Of a stretch of DNA of 64,000 bases, positions 39,202-51,924 are shown piece after piece. Origin of the DNA: Mobula hypostoma. Taxonomy: Eukaryota. The notes beneath the pieces are model-generated. The model was given only the letters and a program-made list of their open reading frames with translations. It ran no database searches and was not told the DNA's origin. The DNA lies in NCBI RefSeq assembly GCF_963921235.1, contig NC_086108.1, positions 30,506,001 to 30,570,000 of the forward strand, given 5' to 3'. The position numbers were made by a program, and so were the translations under genes. Every line of letters begins with the position of its first letter. Positions within the stretch are counted from its first letter, which is position 1.

Positions 39202-41328
39202 AAGAGTGGTCGCTCCGTGTCCTCCTGAAGTCAACAACCATCTCTTTTGTTTTGTTCACATTCAGAGACAGTTTGTTGGCTCTGCACCAGTCCGTTAGCC
39301 CCTACACCTCCTCTCTGTATGCTGACTCATTGCTCTTGCTGATGAGACCCACCACGGTTGTGTCATCGGCGAACTTGATCATGTGGTTCGAGCTGTGTGT
39401 TGCAGCACAGTCGTGGGCCAGCAGAGTGAACAGCAGTGGACTGAGCACACAGCCCAGGGGGCCCCCGTGCTCAGTGTGATGGTGTTGGAGACGCTGCTTC
39501 CAATCCGGACTGACTGAGGTCTCCCAGTCAGGAAGTCTAGGATCCGGTTGCAGAGGGAGGTGTTCAGGCCCAGTAGGCTCAGCTTTACAATCAGTTTCTG
39601 AGGAATGATTGTGTTGAATGCTGAACTGAAGTCTATGAATAACATTCGAACGTATGTGTCTTTTTTGTCCAGGTGGGTTAGGGCCAGGTGGAGGCTGAAG
39701 GCAATGGTGTCGTCTGTTGAACGGCTGGGATGGTATGTGAACTACAGGGGATCCAGTGAGGGGGGCAGCAGGGACTTCATGTGTCTCATTATGAGCCTCT
39801 CGGAACACTTCATGATGATGGATGTGAGTGCAACGGGACGGTAGCCGTTGAGGCAGGACACTGAAGACTTCTTCGGCACGGGGACGATGGTGGTGTCCTT
39901 GAAGCATGTAGGAATGACGGTGCTGCTCAAGGAGATGTTGAAGATGTCAGTGAGAATATGTGCTAGCTGGTCTGCACATACTCTAAGCACTCTGCTAGGA
40001 ATATTGTCTGGTCCAGCAGCCTTCCATGGGTTGACCCTGTGCAGGGTTCTCCTCACATCGGCCATGGTAAGACACAGCACCTGGTCACTTGGAGGAGGGG
40101 TGGTCTTCCTCGCCACCACATCATTATCCGCCTCAAACCGAGCATAGAAGTTGTTCAGCACATCTGGGAGGGAGGGATCACCGGGACAGTCAGATGATGT
40201 TGTCCTGTAATTGGTGATGTCCTGAATGTACTTCCACATGCGCCGCGTGTCGCCGCTGTCCTGGAAGTGGCTGTGGGTTCGCTGGGCGTGTGCACGCTTT
40301 GCCTCTTTGATGGCCTGGGACAGTTTGGCCCTCGCTGTTGTTAGGGCTGCCTTGTCATCTGCTCTGAAGGTGGAGTCACGGGTCCTCAGCAGCGCAGGCA
40401 CCTCCGCGGTCATCCATGGCTTCTGGTTAGTGCATGTAGTGATGGTCTTAGCTACAGTGATGTCATCAATACACTTGCTAATGTAGCTTGTCAACAAGCT
40501 ACATCGACTTGTCAAGAGCAGGACAAGAGAGTTCGCTGCTGAACATCGACAACTCCTCCATGGGGATTGTTAACAGCACCAAATTTCTTGATTTTCACCT
40601 GGTGGAGAATCTCACCTGGTCCCTCAACACCAGCTCCATAGCAAAGAAAGCCCAGCAGCGTCTCTACTTTCTGCAAATGCTGAGAAAAGTCCATCTCCCA
40701 CCCCCCATCCTCACCACATTCTACAGAGGTTGTATTGAGAGCATCCTGAGCAGCTGCATCACTGCCTGGTTCGGAAATTGTACCATCTCGGATCGCAAGG
40801 CCCTGCAGCGGATAGTGAGGTCAGCTGAGAAGATCATTGGGGTCTCTCTTCCCGCCATCACAGACATTTACACCACAAGCTGCATCCACAAAGCAAACAG
40901 CATTATGAAGGACCCCACACACCCCTCATATAAACTCTTCTCCCTCCTGCCATCTGGAAAAAGGCACCGAAGCATTCAGGCTCTCACAACCAGACTATGT
41001 AACAGTTTCTTCCCCCAAGTCATCAGACTCCTCAATACTCAGAGCCTGGCTTGACGCCAGCCTACTGCCCTCTACTGTGCCTACTGTCTTGTTTATTATT
41101 TATTATTATTTATTGTAGTGCCTGCACTGTTTTGTGCACTTTATGCAGTCCTGGATAGGTCTGTAGTCTAGTGTAGTTTTTGTGTTTTTTTCTTACATAG
41201 TTCAGTGTAGTTTTTGTATTGTTTCATGTAGAACCATAGTCCTGGAAAATGTTGTCTCATTTTTACTATGTTCTGTACCAGCAGTTATGGTTGAAATGAC
41301 AATAAAAAGTGACTTGACTTGACTTGAT
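39202..41328 (+). mobile_element. Rex1/Babar-type LINE with 5' inversion (39202-40491 inverted; about 40535-41328 forward), (GACTT)n tail
   Basis: Minus ORFs 39742-40515, 39379-39645 and FADD; plus ORF 40488-41054; the two parts are adjacent in the protein (VDFRRTRSDHS | LNID). Confidence 0.9.
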
Positions 41329-41583
41329 TCCCTTTCTTATAAAACTCTCTTACACCAAGGTTTAAATTTTATTTTTAAAAACACACAAACAAATATGTAT
41401 ACTACTATACAATCACCCCTAAACATGCATAAATGCACTCTCTGGTGTCCTGAGTAGTCAGTCAGTAACCACAACAGGTGGCTTTGTCTCAGCAAGCTAC
41501 CAAACGTTCTAACTGGTCCTTTACAAACAAACACATGTATACACACCACACACCTGTTATATCTATCAGCTCAGCTCTCCAAA

Positions 41584-42104
41584 TGTTGTGACTATGATCA
41601 AACTTACCAGAGAGACACTGAAACAGTGTGGCTTGTGATACAGAAATCTATATGTCACCATATTCTTCTGGAGAACCTCACTGTAGTCTCCAAAACTCAA
41701 AATTTCATCATATTTTTATCCTCTTAAGATCAAAGCTAGCAAAAGGTGATTCAATACAATTTCAATAGTTATAATGGCATGTTTACTTCAATGTTTTGAG
41801 TTGACAATGTTTCTTTTGAACTGCACTTTTACAATGGGTGACACCTCTGAATACTGGCAAACTAATTGCAAACTTCCCTGAACTTTCTTTTACAATGGTA
41901 CATATTCCTTAAGCCATTAATTGCCTGCAGTGATGCAGGCCAATAATATAACCCTTTGTCTTAACATATGGTCATCATTTTGGAAACCATATCTCCTAGT
42001 ATGTGGGCCAGACTGTGCTTTTCAATTCCATTTACTGTTGCAATTTACAATAAGCTGAAGACTGGCATTTTGCTTGAATTAGTATCTATTATATTCACAT
42101 AACT
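41584..42104. repeat. Diverged direct repeat, copy 2 of 29195-29688
   Basis: Same colinear blocks as copy 1. Confidence 0.85.
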
Positions 42105-45100
42105 GACTAACTAGGTCTACAAAGGTGAAGGTACTCTCGTCACTGGTGGTGTGAAGGCACAGAAAACTAATATAGGAGCAGCTGTGCAAGCAGGTAATTA
42201 AATTTGACTTCTTGTACATGGATACTTTAATAAACAGACATTCTACGCATCCTATATTAACTTTGGTAGGAAATGTGCTGTGTTCCTGTTTTAAAGCTTT
42301 AAAGCTGGCACACAGCCTGAACAGGTGAAATGTAGAAGTGTAGGAGGTTACAGAGATAAGGAGGGTAAAGACCAGGAGGATAAGAAATTTACCTTAGAAT
42401 TTCTCTTTTTGAGCAGCATGTATAATAGTTCGAAATATGAGCACTATTTACAGAGCCAAGTGATTAAGTTGCCGAAGCTAGGGGTGTTGTCACATCAACT
42501 AATATCCTGATAATGTGACTTATATCTTCAGGATAAACAAAATGCCAAGATCCGACCCAGTGCAAACTCAACTTCATTCACATGCTCACGCACCCATTTT
42601 ATCATGCAACTAACTAGGGTGCTAATTATCTGTCCACTTCTCAACACTATGCTTGGGGCACTCACAGTGCTGGCCTTCCAGAGTCCAGGATCCTGTGGTC
42701 TTCATAAAGGTCGACCTCCTGCCTAGGGTGATGCCATCTTCGCTCCCTTGGTCAGAACAATCAATCTATGCCTTCACTGGCTGCTATTGAAGTATCAGGG
42801 CAGAACTATTGCTGCTCTGACTTGCTGATGGGCGTTAGCTCCATCCGTATTGTGGCCTTCTCTCCGATTGACAAATTGGACCACTGCTCATCAATTCAAA
42901 GGACAATGAGTTGGAGGAAGCTTTGAATTCAAGCCTCCAAATAAGGTAGTGACAGGAAATCAAGCCTTCACTGAGTTTGTCTCTTGTTTCTCTTTCCCTG
43001 GACCAGTGCTTTCTTTAAATATTCAGTTACTAATCAACACACTTGGAAGCGGTCATTAACATCTATTCTTGCCATAGTATCACTACCCAGTGAGTTCACA
43101 CTGAATATCTTGCACAGGTAGTTTTGTGGATTTGCAGTAGTTCCTCCGTTTGCCAAGGGTCATCTTGGCCAACCTTCCCATGACTCCTCACTACCTGTGC
43201 AGAGCAGCCGCTCGGCTAGATTACCAAACCAGAATAAAGTGCCAAATACAGCAGTTATGCATGTGGACCCATTCGCATCCTTCACTTTGCTTTTGCAATT
43301 TTAGGTGACTTCCTGTTGTTTCAAATGCTGAGGTGACTCATGAGTGATTATTCTTTCTAATAAAAAGAACTAAGCTTAGGATCACATAGAAGTTTACATG
43401 ATAAAAACATCTTTCGTCCAATATGCCTAGAATGACTCACTGAGCGGCCATTTCAACTTGATATTGCAATTTCTAACTTTTCAAGTATTTATCTGCATAC
43501 CTTTCTTAAGGCTAGATCACTGTTTCTGGTGATGCAATCAATGTCTTCCCTTCATCAGGAAGTCAGTATGTAAATAGTATGGCATAATCCGAATGTTACA
43601 TAGTGGCATTAGATATGGTAAAAGTAAGTTTACTAGAGTAGGAAGAGTTGAAGGTCTTTCTTCTAGAAAAATAGAAGAGTGACCTGTTGGAGGTCTTAAA
43701 GGTTATGAAAAGATTCTGAAAGGTAAACATAGGGAGGCCATTTCCAGGCAAATGGGTCATGAGTGAGATGTTGTTGAGGATAGATGAGGAGGGATTAGCG
43801 AAATACTGTCTAAACCTGTGTAGACCTATTGAGATGTTTCTTTTATAATGTTACAACAACCATCTCTGTTAATAAATACATTTTCAATTGTTTGGTAATG
43901 ATTTACAGCCAAACAAAATGGTTAACCTTCATTTGGAATTCTTGGCGTCCATTTATAAACCCTAACTTTATACTTAATATTGCTAAAGGTTCAGAAGAAA
44001 CCCAACAGTCTTACAGCCAGATGGATAAGCCGATCAAGAGGGCTTGATCACACAGAGGGAGGTAGACAGCAGATGAGTTGATAAATGTTTAAAATAATGG
44101 ACGAACTTTGTACTTATGCGGTATGCAGATCATTCACAAATGCAACATTTATTGCTCATTTCTGTTTGCCACGTAGGAGGAAGGGCAGAGGGTGGTTGGT
44201 TATTGGGCATGGAGTCATATACTGGGTAAGAATGGCAGCTTTCTTTCCCAGATGTCAGTGTTTTTTTTTTAACTTAAAACACATTCCTTCACCTAGATGA
44301 TCACAGTCAGATATTTTATGAAGACTCAGGTTCAAGCATTCAAAATGTCTACCAGAGTGAAAGAAGAGTTAATGTCAGGATGTTGATCAGTGATGTATAA
44401 CTTACCTCTAAGCTTTCTCTTTTCGAAAGGAAGAGACTCAATCCATTTATCCTCTTCTGATGTAGCGAGTGTTTAAGATAGAGTGGCAGGGGTGTGGGAA
44501 CCAGAGCAACTGGTGGCAACAAGAGGAGGGATTGGGAGGAAGATAGATGTTATGACCAGTAAGTAGGTTAGAACTAACCTGTCTCAAGCTGGTCTAAACC
44601 CAGCTCACATTCCCTGCAGGTGTGGAGGTGACACCCATCCACTCACGCTCCAGGCCAGTAGCAATGGTATTTCTCACTGGCCTCATGACGGCACGAGACC
44701 AACCAGTAAATCCTGGTTCTAGGGTATCATTGAGTTTTGGTAGGATTCTGACTTAGATGTATTCAGTCATAATCCCACAGATGGTAGCTTCACACCGTTG
44801 TCTCCTTAGCCAAGTCTGAAATGAAGAATAGGCAGAACCATGTTCATGGACATGGTGGGACTAGTGGCCTGAAGAGTGTTTATTTCAAATCATTGACTAT
44901 TATGCATAAGGAAGATGAACTTAAGATCTAGGTCAGAACATTAAACTATAGTGTTGTGACCGATACAAAGACTTTGTATGAGGGACAGGACTATTAGTTT
45001 AAAGTTCCCGGGATTAGATGTTTTAGACATGATGGAAAGGTGGGTATCAGATGTGGAGGAGTTGCATGAGTATTTAAGAATGTCATAGCTACACTCAAAG

Positions 45101-45421
45101 GGGACATACTGGTGGACTAATCCACTGAAGGTAGAGCTCAAAATTGAGAAAGGTGCAGTCACTTTGATGGAATTAAATAATAAAGCTCACAAAAGCTAAC
45201 TGGAGAAATGGATTCTGTACACAGATTATGGAAAGATATAAAAGCAACAAGCCCCTGTTGTAGTGGTGACTTTAACTTCCCCAATATTGATAGGAATTTC
45301 CATTGTGCAAGAGGTTTAAATGGGGTAGAATTTATTTGGTGTATCAAAGAGGGTAGTTTGAAAATTTTATGTGGGTAGACCGGCTAGAGGACAGACAATA
45401 CTGGACCTTGTTTTGGGAAAT

Positions 45422-45645
45422 GAAGTCATTCCTGCCTGTGGCCATCAAACTTTACAACTCCTCCCTTAGCGGGTCAGACACCCTGAGCCAATAGGCTGGA
45501 CCTGGACTTATTTCCTGGCATAATTTACATATTATTATTTAACTATTTATGCTTTAATTACTATTTAATTATTTATGGTGCAACTATAACGAAAACCAAT
45601 TTCCCCCGGGATCAATAAAGTATGACTATGACTATGACTATGACT
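45422..45645 (+). mobile_element. Severely truncated Rex1/Babar LINE (224 bp)
   Basis: KSFLPVAIKLYNSS end, 3' UTR and (CTATGA)n. Confidence 0.92.
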
Positions 45646-45663
45646 GGACGAGTGACATATCGT

Positions 45664-47940
45664 TGTCATGGTCCATTATGTGAAGTCCGCATTCTGGTTC
45701 ACGGAGCGGTCTATCGTTCCTTATTCTCCATAGGGGACTGTCTTGTCTCCCTTTCTCTTCACTATTTACACCTCCGACTTCAACTACTGCACAGAGTCTT
45801 GTCATCATCAGAAGTTTTCGGATGACTCTGCCATAGCTGGATGCATCAGCAAGGGAGATGAGGTTGAGTACAGGGCTACGGTAAGAAACTTTGTCACATG
45901 GTGTGAGCAGAATTATCTGCAGCTTAATGTGAAAAAGACCAAGGAGCTGGTGGTAGACCTGAGGAGAGCTAAGGTACCGGTGACCCCTGTTTCCATCCAG
46001 GGGGTCAGTGTGGTCATGGTGGAGGATTAAAAATACCTGAGGATACGAATTGACAATAAACTGGACTGGTCAAAGAACACTAAGGCTGTCTACAAGAAGG
46101 GTCAGAGCTGTCTCTATTTCCTGAGGAGACTGAGGTCCTTTACCATCTGCCAGACGATGCTGAGGATGTTCTACGAGTCTGTGGTGGCCAGTGCTATCAT
46201 GTTTGCTGTTGTGTGCTGGGGCAGCAGGCTGAGGGTAGCAGACACCAACAGAATCAACAAACTCATTCGTAAGGCCAGTGATGTTGTGGGGATGGAACTG
46301 GACTCTCTCACGGTGGTGTCTGAAAAGAGGATGCTGTCTCAGTTGCATGCCATCTTGGTCAATGTCTCCCATCCACTACATAATGTACTGGGTGGGCACA
46401 GGAGTACATTCAGCCAGAGACTCATTCCTCCAAGATGCAGCACAGAGTGTCATAAGAGGTCATTCCTGCCTGTGGCCATCAAACTTTACAACTCCTCCCT
46501 TGGAGGGTCAGACACCCTGAGCCAATAGGCTGGTTCTGGTCTTATTTCATAATTTACAGGCATAATTTACATATCACTATTTAACTGTTTATTACTATTT
46601 TTCTATTACTATTTATTATTTATGGTGCAACTGTAATGAAAACCAATTTCCCCCGGGATCAATAAAGTATGACTATGACTATGACTATGACTATTCCAGG
46701 TTTTCCACTTTTCCCTTGTCCTGTTGTGTGCAGTAATTGAGGCACATGATTCCCATCTTGGGCTGGACTGTTCCCTCCCCTTCCCCTTCCTTCTAAAGCC
46801 TCGCCTGCTACCTTCACCTGAAGCCTCGCCTGCTACCTTCACCTGTGTTCTCGCCTGCAACACCGTCAGGTTCAACCGCCAGGGAAAGACTAGGGCCTTG
46901 CTGTGTCTAGATAAGGAACTGTCTTCCGTTGTTTGGAACTGTATCTTTCTGTCCTCGCCTTCCATAGGTAGGTCCGGCCATTTGCTGCTACCTTGTGTTA
47001 GGAACCGTCTCTTTGTGCCGTCGCTTCCGCTGGGTAGGTCCGGCCGCTTGCCGCCACCTTGTGATGGGAACCGTCTCTTTGTGCCGTTGCCTCCGCTGGG
47101 TAGGTCCAGCCGTTTGCCACTACCTTGAGTGGAGATCTGTCCCTCAGTGTTCTGTGTATGAGTCCTGGCCCTATGTCCTCCTCCCTAGGAGGGGTCCTGA
47201 CTCTGTGTAGAGCCCAGGTCCCAAGTCCTGTTCCCAAGGAGGGGTCCCAGCTCTGTGTTCCATGTTCCTGCTCTCCCACGATCAAGGTTCTGCATTCATG
47301 TCTCCCTTGACCAAGACTCTGCGTTCCTGTCTCCCTCGACCAAGGCTCTGTGTTTCTGTCTCCCTTGACCAAGTCAAGGCTTCGTGTTCTCATCCTGTTC
47401 ATGTGCCTTGCCCAGCCCAGGAGTACCTCGCCCAGCCCGGTGCTGGGGTTCCCTCGTCCTGTCCAGGACTCTCTTGTCCTGGCCAAGCCACGTCCAAGAA
47501 CCTCGTCCTGTCCAAGTCAAGGCTTTGTGTTCTCGTCCAGTCCATGTGCTTCGGCCTGTGCAGGAGTTCCATGTCCTGTTCTGTAGCCACGTCCTGTCCT
47601 TGCCAGGATCCTAGTCCTGAGTCCTAGCCTAGACCTGGTTTCTGGTTCCGAGTCAAGACTCAGGTTCTGAGTCCCAACCAAGACCCTGTCTCTGTTTCCG
47701 GAGTTCTGTGTCACTAGTCCAGGCTCCTTGTTCCTAGTTCCTTGACTGGGTTCCGTGTTTCTTGTCCATGTCCTAGCCCAGGCCCTGCACCCTAGTCTCG
47801 TCCAGGGCCTGTGTCAATGTCCAGCATCCTTTCTTCCCCACTTCCCTTGCTTACTTGACTCTAGTCCTAGTCCTGCTCCTAGAACTTCAGTGTCTGTGTC
47901 CACTGCATTTGGGTCCACTGCCAGCACCCTCCTTATGACA
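45664..47940 (+). mobile_element. Solo LTR (about 1.3 kb net) carrying a Rex insertion
   Basis: TGTCAT...ATGACA ends, 5-bp TSD ATCGT/ATCTT, internal tandem repeats, blocks shared with the 51973-55026 LTRs. Confidence 0.85.
45732..46693 (+). mobile_element. 5'-truncated Rex1/Babar LINE
   Basis: ORFs 45743-46030 (FSDD) and 46157-46528; (CTATGA)n tail. Confidence 0.93.
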
Positions 47941-48245
47941 ATCTTTCAGTGTAAGAGCATTTAGGGACCCGTGATCATAATGTGTTAAGATAGTTATGCA
48001 TAAAGTCTGGACCTTGTGTGCAAGTACTATAATGAACAAAGGCAATCTATGGTATTTTTAGACAGAAGCCAGGGAGAGTTAATTGGGAACAGCAATCACT
48101 GGGAAGTCCACCTTTGGGAGTTTGCTTAAAGACAAGCTGATGGAAGTTGAGGACTGGCATGGTCCAGTAAGGAGGAAGCGCAATGGTAGCAAGGTAAGGG
48201 AAACTTGCATAATGAGAGAGATTGTGAATTTAGACAACAGAAATA

Positions 48246-48317
48246 CAGTACTGTACAATAGTCATAGGCACATATACTGCATGTAGCTCGGGTGCCTAAG
48301 GTCTTTGCACAGTACTG
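48246..48317. mobile_element. 72-bp Tc1/mariner-type MITE
   Basis: TA-CAGTACTGTACAATAGTCATAGGCAC ... GTGCCTAAGGTCTTTGCACAGTACTG-TA imperfect TIRs with TA flanks. Confidence 0.8.
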
Positions 48318-48499
48318 TATTTGTCAAAATAGAGTGGAGAACGAGTTTGTTAATCTGATGGGAGCAGAGGATGTTGGGAATAGCAAGGATGAAGTGCTGT
48401 GGGAGAATTGTGGGAAAAATGTTTGGCCACTGAGAAATCATGCTTGTGGCGGACGGTGTGGAGGTGCTTGATGAAGTTGTCCTCAAATTTACAATGTGT

Positions 48500-49030
48500 C
48501 TAACATTTTAATTCTGGTTCCCATTCACATTCTGACGTGTTGATCTCTTGTGCCAAGATGAGGCCATCCTCAGGGTGGGGGAAACAGCACCTTATATTCC
48601 ATTTGGGTACCCTCCAATCTGATGGCATAAATATCGATTTCTCCTTCGGGTGAACAAATTCTGCACACTACCCCACTCCCCCTCATTCCCCACCCTGACC
48701 TTTCACTCCTTCTCACCTGTCTATTACTTCCCCCGGGTCTTCTCCTTCCCTTTCTCCTATTGTCCACTCTCCTCTTCTATAACATTCTTTCTTCTACTGC
48801 TTTGACTTTTCCACCCACTTGGCTTCTCCTATCACTTTCCAGCTACCCTCTTTCTCCTCCTCCTTCCATGTTATTCAGGCATTTTCCCCCTTCCTTTCTA
48901 GTCTGGAAGAATGGTCACAGTCTGAAACATTGACTGTTTACTGTTTTCCATAAATGCTGCCTGGCCTTCTGAGTTCCTCTAGCATTTTGTGTGCGTTGCT
49001 TTGGATTTTCAGCATTTGCAGACTCTGTCA
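48500..49030 (+). mobile_element. Penelope-like element 3' remnant
   Basis: QHLIFHLGTLQSDGINIDF (GIY-YIG C-terminal type motif), pyrimidine tract, decayed hammerhead at about 48898-48935, terminal repeat. Confidence 0.75.
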
Positions 49031-50019
49031 TGACTGCATATATGTGGCTGAGGCTAAAATCCGACATAGTCACTGAGGAATATGATGATGGCAAGAATAA
49101 ACTCAAGCAGTATATAAGGGGTGCAAAAGGGACCATAAATTGTCCTTGGTAAGTTGGATTAAAGAGAATTCCAGGGCATCTTATACTGACATAAAAATAA
49201 AATTTAAGGATAGGGTGGGGGTGAGTCAGAGAATGTGGGCAAGGCATGAGATGAGTACTTTGAATCAGTATTCACCATGGAGAAGTATAGGGAGGATAGT
49301 GAGAGCAGTTTGGGGCATGCTAATGTGCTAGGACATTCTAAGATCAAAAAGGACATGGTGCTAAGTCTTCTGAAGAGCATTAATGTGGACAATTCCCCAG
49401 GATTATCTCAGGTTAGTGAAGGAGATCGCTTAGACCTCTACAGAAATTTTTGTATCAGCACCAACAAAATATGATATTTTAAAGGACAGGAGAAGAGCCA
49501 ATGGTGTCCTTTGTTCAAGAAGGAAATAGGGATAATTGAGGAAAATTCAGCCCAGTGAACATCACATCAGTGATAGAGTGGCTGCTGGAGAGATTCTTGG
49601 GGGTAGGATTTATGCACATTTGGAAACCATGGAATGATTAGGGACAGCTAGGCTGGCTTTATGCATGGTTGGTCATATCTTACAAACTAGACAGAGTTTC
49701 TTTGAGGAGGTAATGAAGGTGCTTGGTAATGGAAGGGCAGTGGATGCTGTCTACATTAACTTTATTACTAAGGCATTTAACAAGGTACATCATGGTGGCT
49801 GAACCAGAAGGAAAGATGCATGAGATCCACAGTGACTTGATAGTTTGGATTTGGAATTGGCTTGTCCATAGAAGATCGAAGGCAGTGATGGAAGGGAGTA
49901 ATTCTGGCTGGAGGTCCGTGACCAGTAGTGTTCCACAGAGATCAGTGCTTGGTCCTCTGTTGTTTTGTGGCATACATATATAAATGACTTGGATGAAAAA
50001 GTAGATCTATGGGTTAGTA

Positions 50020-51620
50020 ATCCATAAAACCATAAGACATAGGAGCAGAATTAGGTCATTTGGTCCATCAAGTCTGCTCTGCCATTCTATAACGGTTGAT
50101 TTGATTTCCCTCTCTACCCCATTCTTCTGTATTTTCTCATTACTCTTGACAACCTTACTAATAACCCCATCAACCTCCACTTTAAGTGTACCCAATGATT
50201 TCGTCTCCACAGTCGTCTGTGGCAATGAATTCCACAGATTGACCACCCTCTGGATAAAGCAACTCCTCCTCATATTCGATGAATTTCCCCTCACTTTTCT
50301 AAATTCCAGCAAGTTCAGGCCCAGAGACATCAAACGTTCCTCATACATTAACCCTTGCATTCCTGGGATCATTTGCCCAAAACCTCCTCTGGACCCTCAC
50401 CAGTGACAGCATATTTTTTCTTAGATATAGGCTCAAGACTGCTCATAATACTTTAAATATGGTCTGACCAATACCTTATAATGCCTCAGCATTACATCTT
50501 TGCTTTTATATTCTGGTCCTCACAAAATGAATGCTAATATTTTATTTGGCTTTCCTTACCACAAACTCAACATGTAAGTTAACCTTTAGGGAATGTTGCA
50601 GTCAGACTCCCAAGCTCCACTGCACCTCTGATTTCTGAATTTTCTCCAAGTCTAGAAAATACTCTACTCCTTTATTCCTTCTACCAAGGTGTATGACCAT
50701 ACACTTCCCTACACTATATTCCTTCTGCCACTTCTTTGACCATTCTCATAATCAGTTCAAGTCTTTCTGCAAACTTCCTGCTTCCTCAACCCTACCTACC
50801 CCTCCGCCTATCTTTGTGTCATCCACAAACTCGGTTATAAAGCCATTATTCTATCGTATAGATTAATAACATATAATGTAAGATGTAGCAAACCCAACAC
50901 TAACCCCTGCAGAACACCACAAGTCACCAGCAATCAATCAGAAAAGGCCACCTTTATTCCTACCTTTTGCCTCCTGCCGGTTAGCCATTCTTCTATCCAT
51001 GTTGGCACCCTTCCTGTAACATTGTGGGACCTTCTCTCATTTACTAGACTCAGGTGCTACAACTTTACAAAGGGCTTCTGAAAGTCTAAGTAAGCAACAT
51101 CTACTGATTTTCCTTTGTCTCTTCTGCCTATTATTTCCTCAAAGGATTCCAACAGATTTGTCAGGCAAGATTTCCCCTTAAGGACTTCAGCCTATTTTAT
51201 CATGTGCCTCCAAATAACCCAAAATATCATCTTTGATCATCTAACATCTTTCCAACCACTGAAGTCAGGCTAACTGGCCTATAATTTCATGTGTTTTGTT
51301 CCCTCTCTTGAATGGAGTGACATTTGCAGTTTTTCATTTCTCTAGAACTATGCCAGAATCTAGTGATTCTTGAAAAATCACTAATGCCTTCACAATCACT
51401 TCAGCTACCCCTTTCAGAACTCTAGGGTGCAGTCCATCTGCTCCAGGTGACTTATCTATCTAAAGACCTTTCAGCTTCCCAAGCACCTTCTCCTCAGTAA
51501 TAGTGACTACACTCACTTCTGCCCCCAGACACTCGAATTTCTGGCATGCTGCTGGTGTTTTACACAGTAAAGTATGATGCAAAATACTCATTCAGTTTGT
51601 ATGCCACTTCTTTGTTGTAT
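50020..51620 (-). mobile_element. CR1 LINE, decayed, nested in the + strand CR1
   Basis: (CCATAA)-type tail at 50020-50040, QRVVNLWNSLP, RT remnants. Confidence 0.85.
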
Positions 51621-51924
51621 ATTACAGTTGTATAAAACTTTGGCTAGGCCACACTTACAGTACTGTGTGTTGTTCTGGTTGGTCCATTATATGAAGTATC
51701 TGAAAAACTTTGGAAAAGTTACGAAAGAGGTCTGCCAGGTTGCTGCCTAGATTAGAGGGTATGAGCTATAAGGAGAAGTTGGACGAACTTGCATTATTTT
51801 CTGTACTGCATCAGAAGCTGGGTGGAAACCTGAGAGAAGTTTATAAAATTATAAGAAGTATATATAGATTTGACAGTCAAAATCTTTCTCACATTGTACA
51901 CTAGAAAAGTCAAAAAGAACATAG

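Noticed and set aside
41601..41685. Possible minus-strand exon ending at GGTAAG donor in repeat copy 2
   Set aside because: Donor and open frame are not kept in copy 1; weak acceptor
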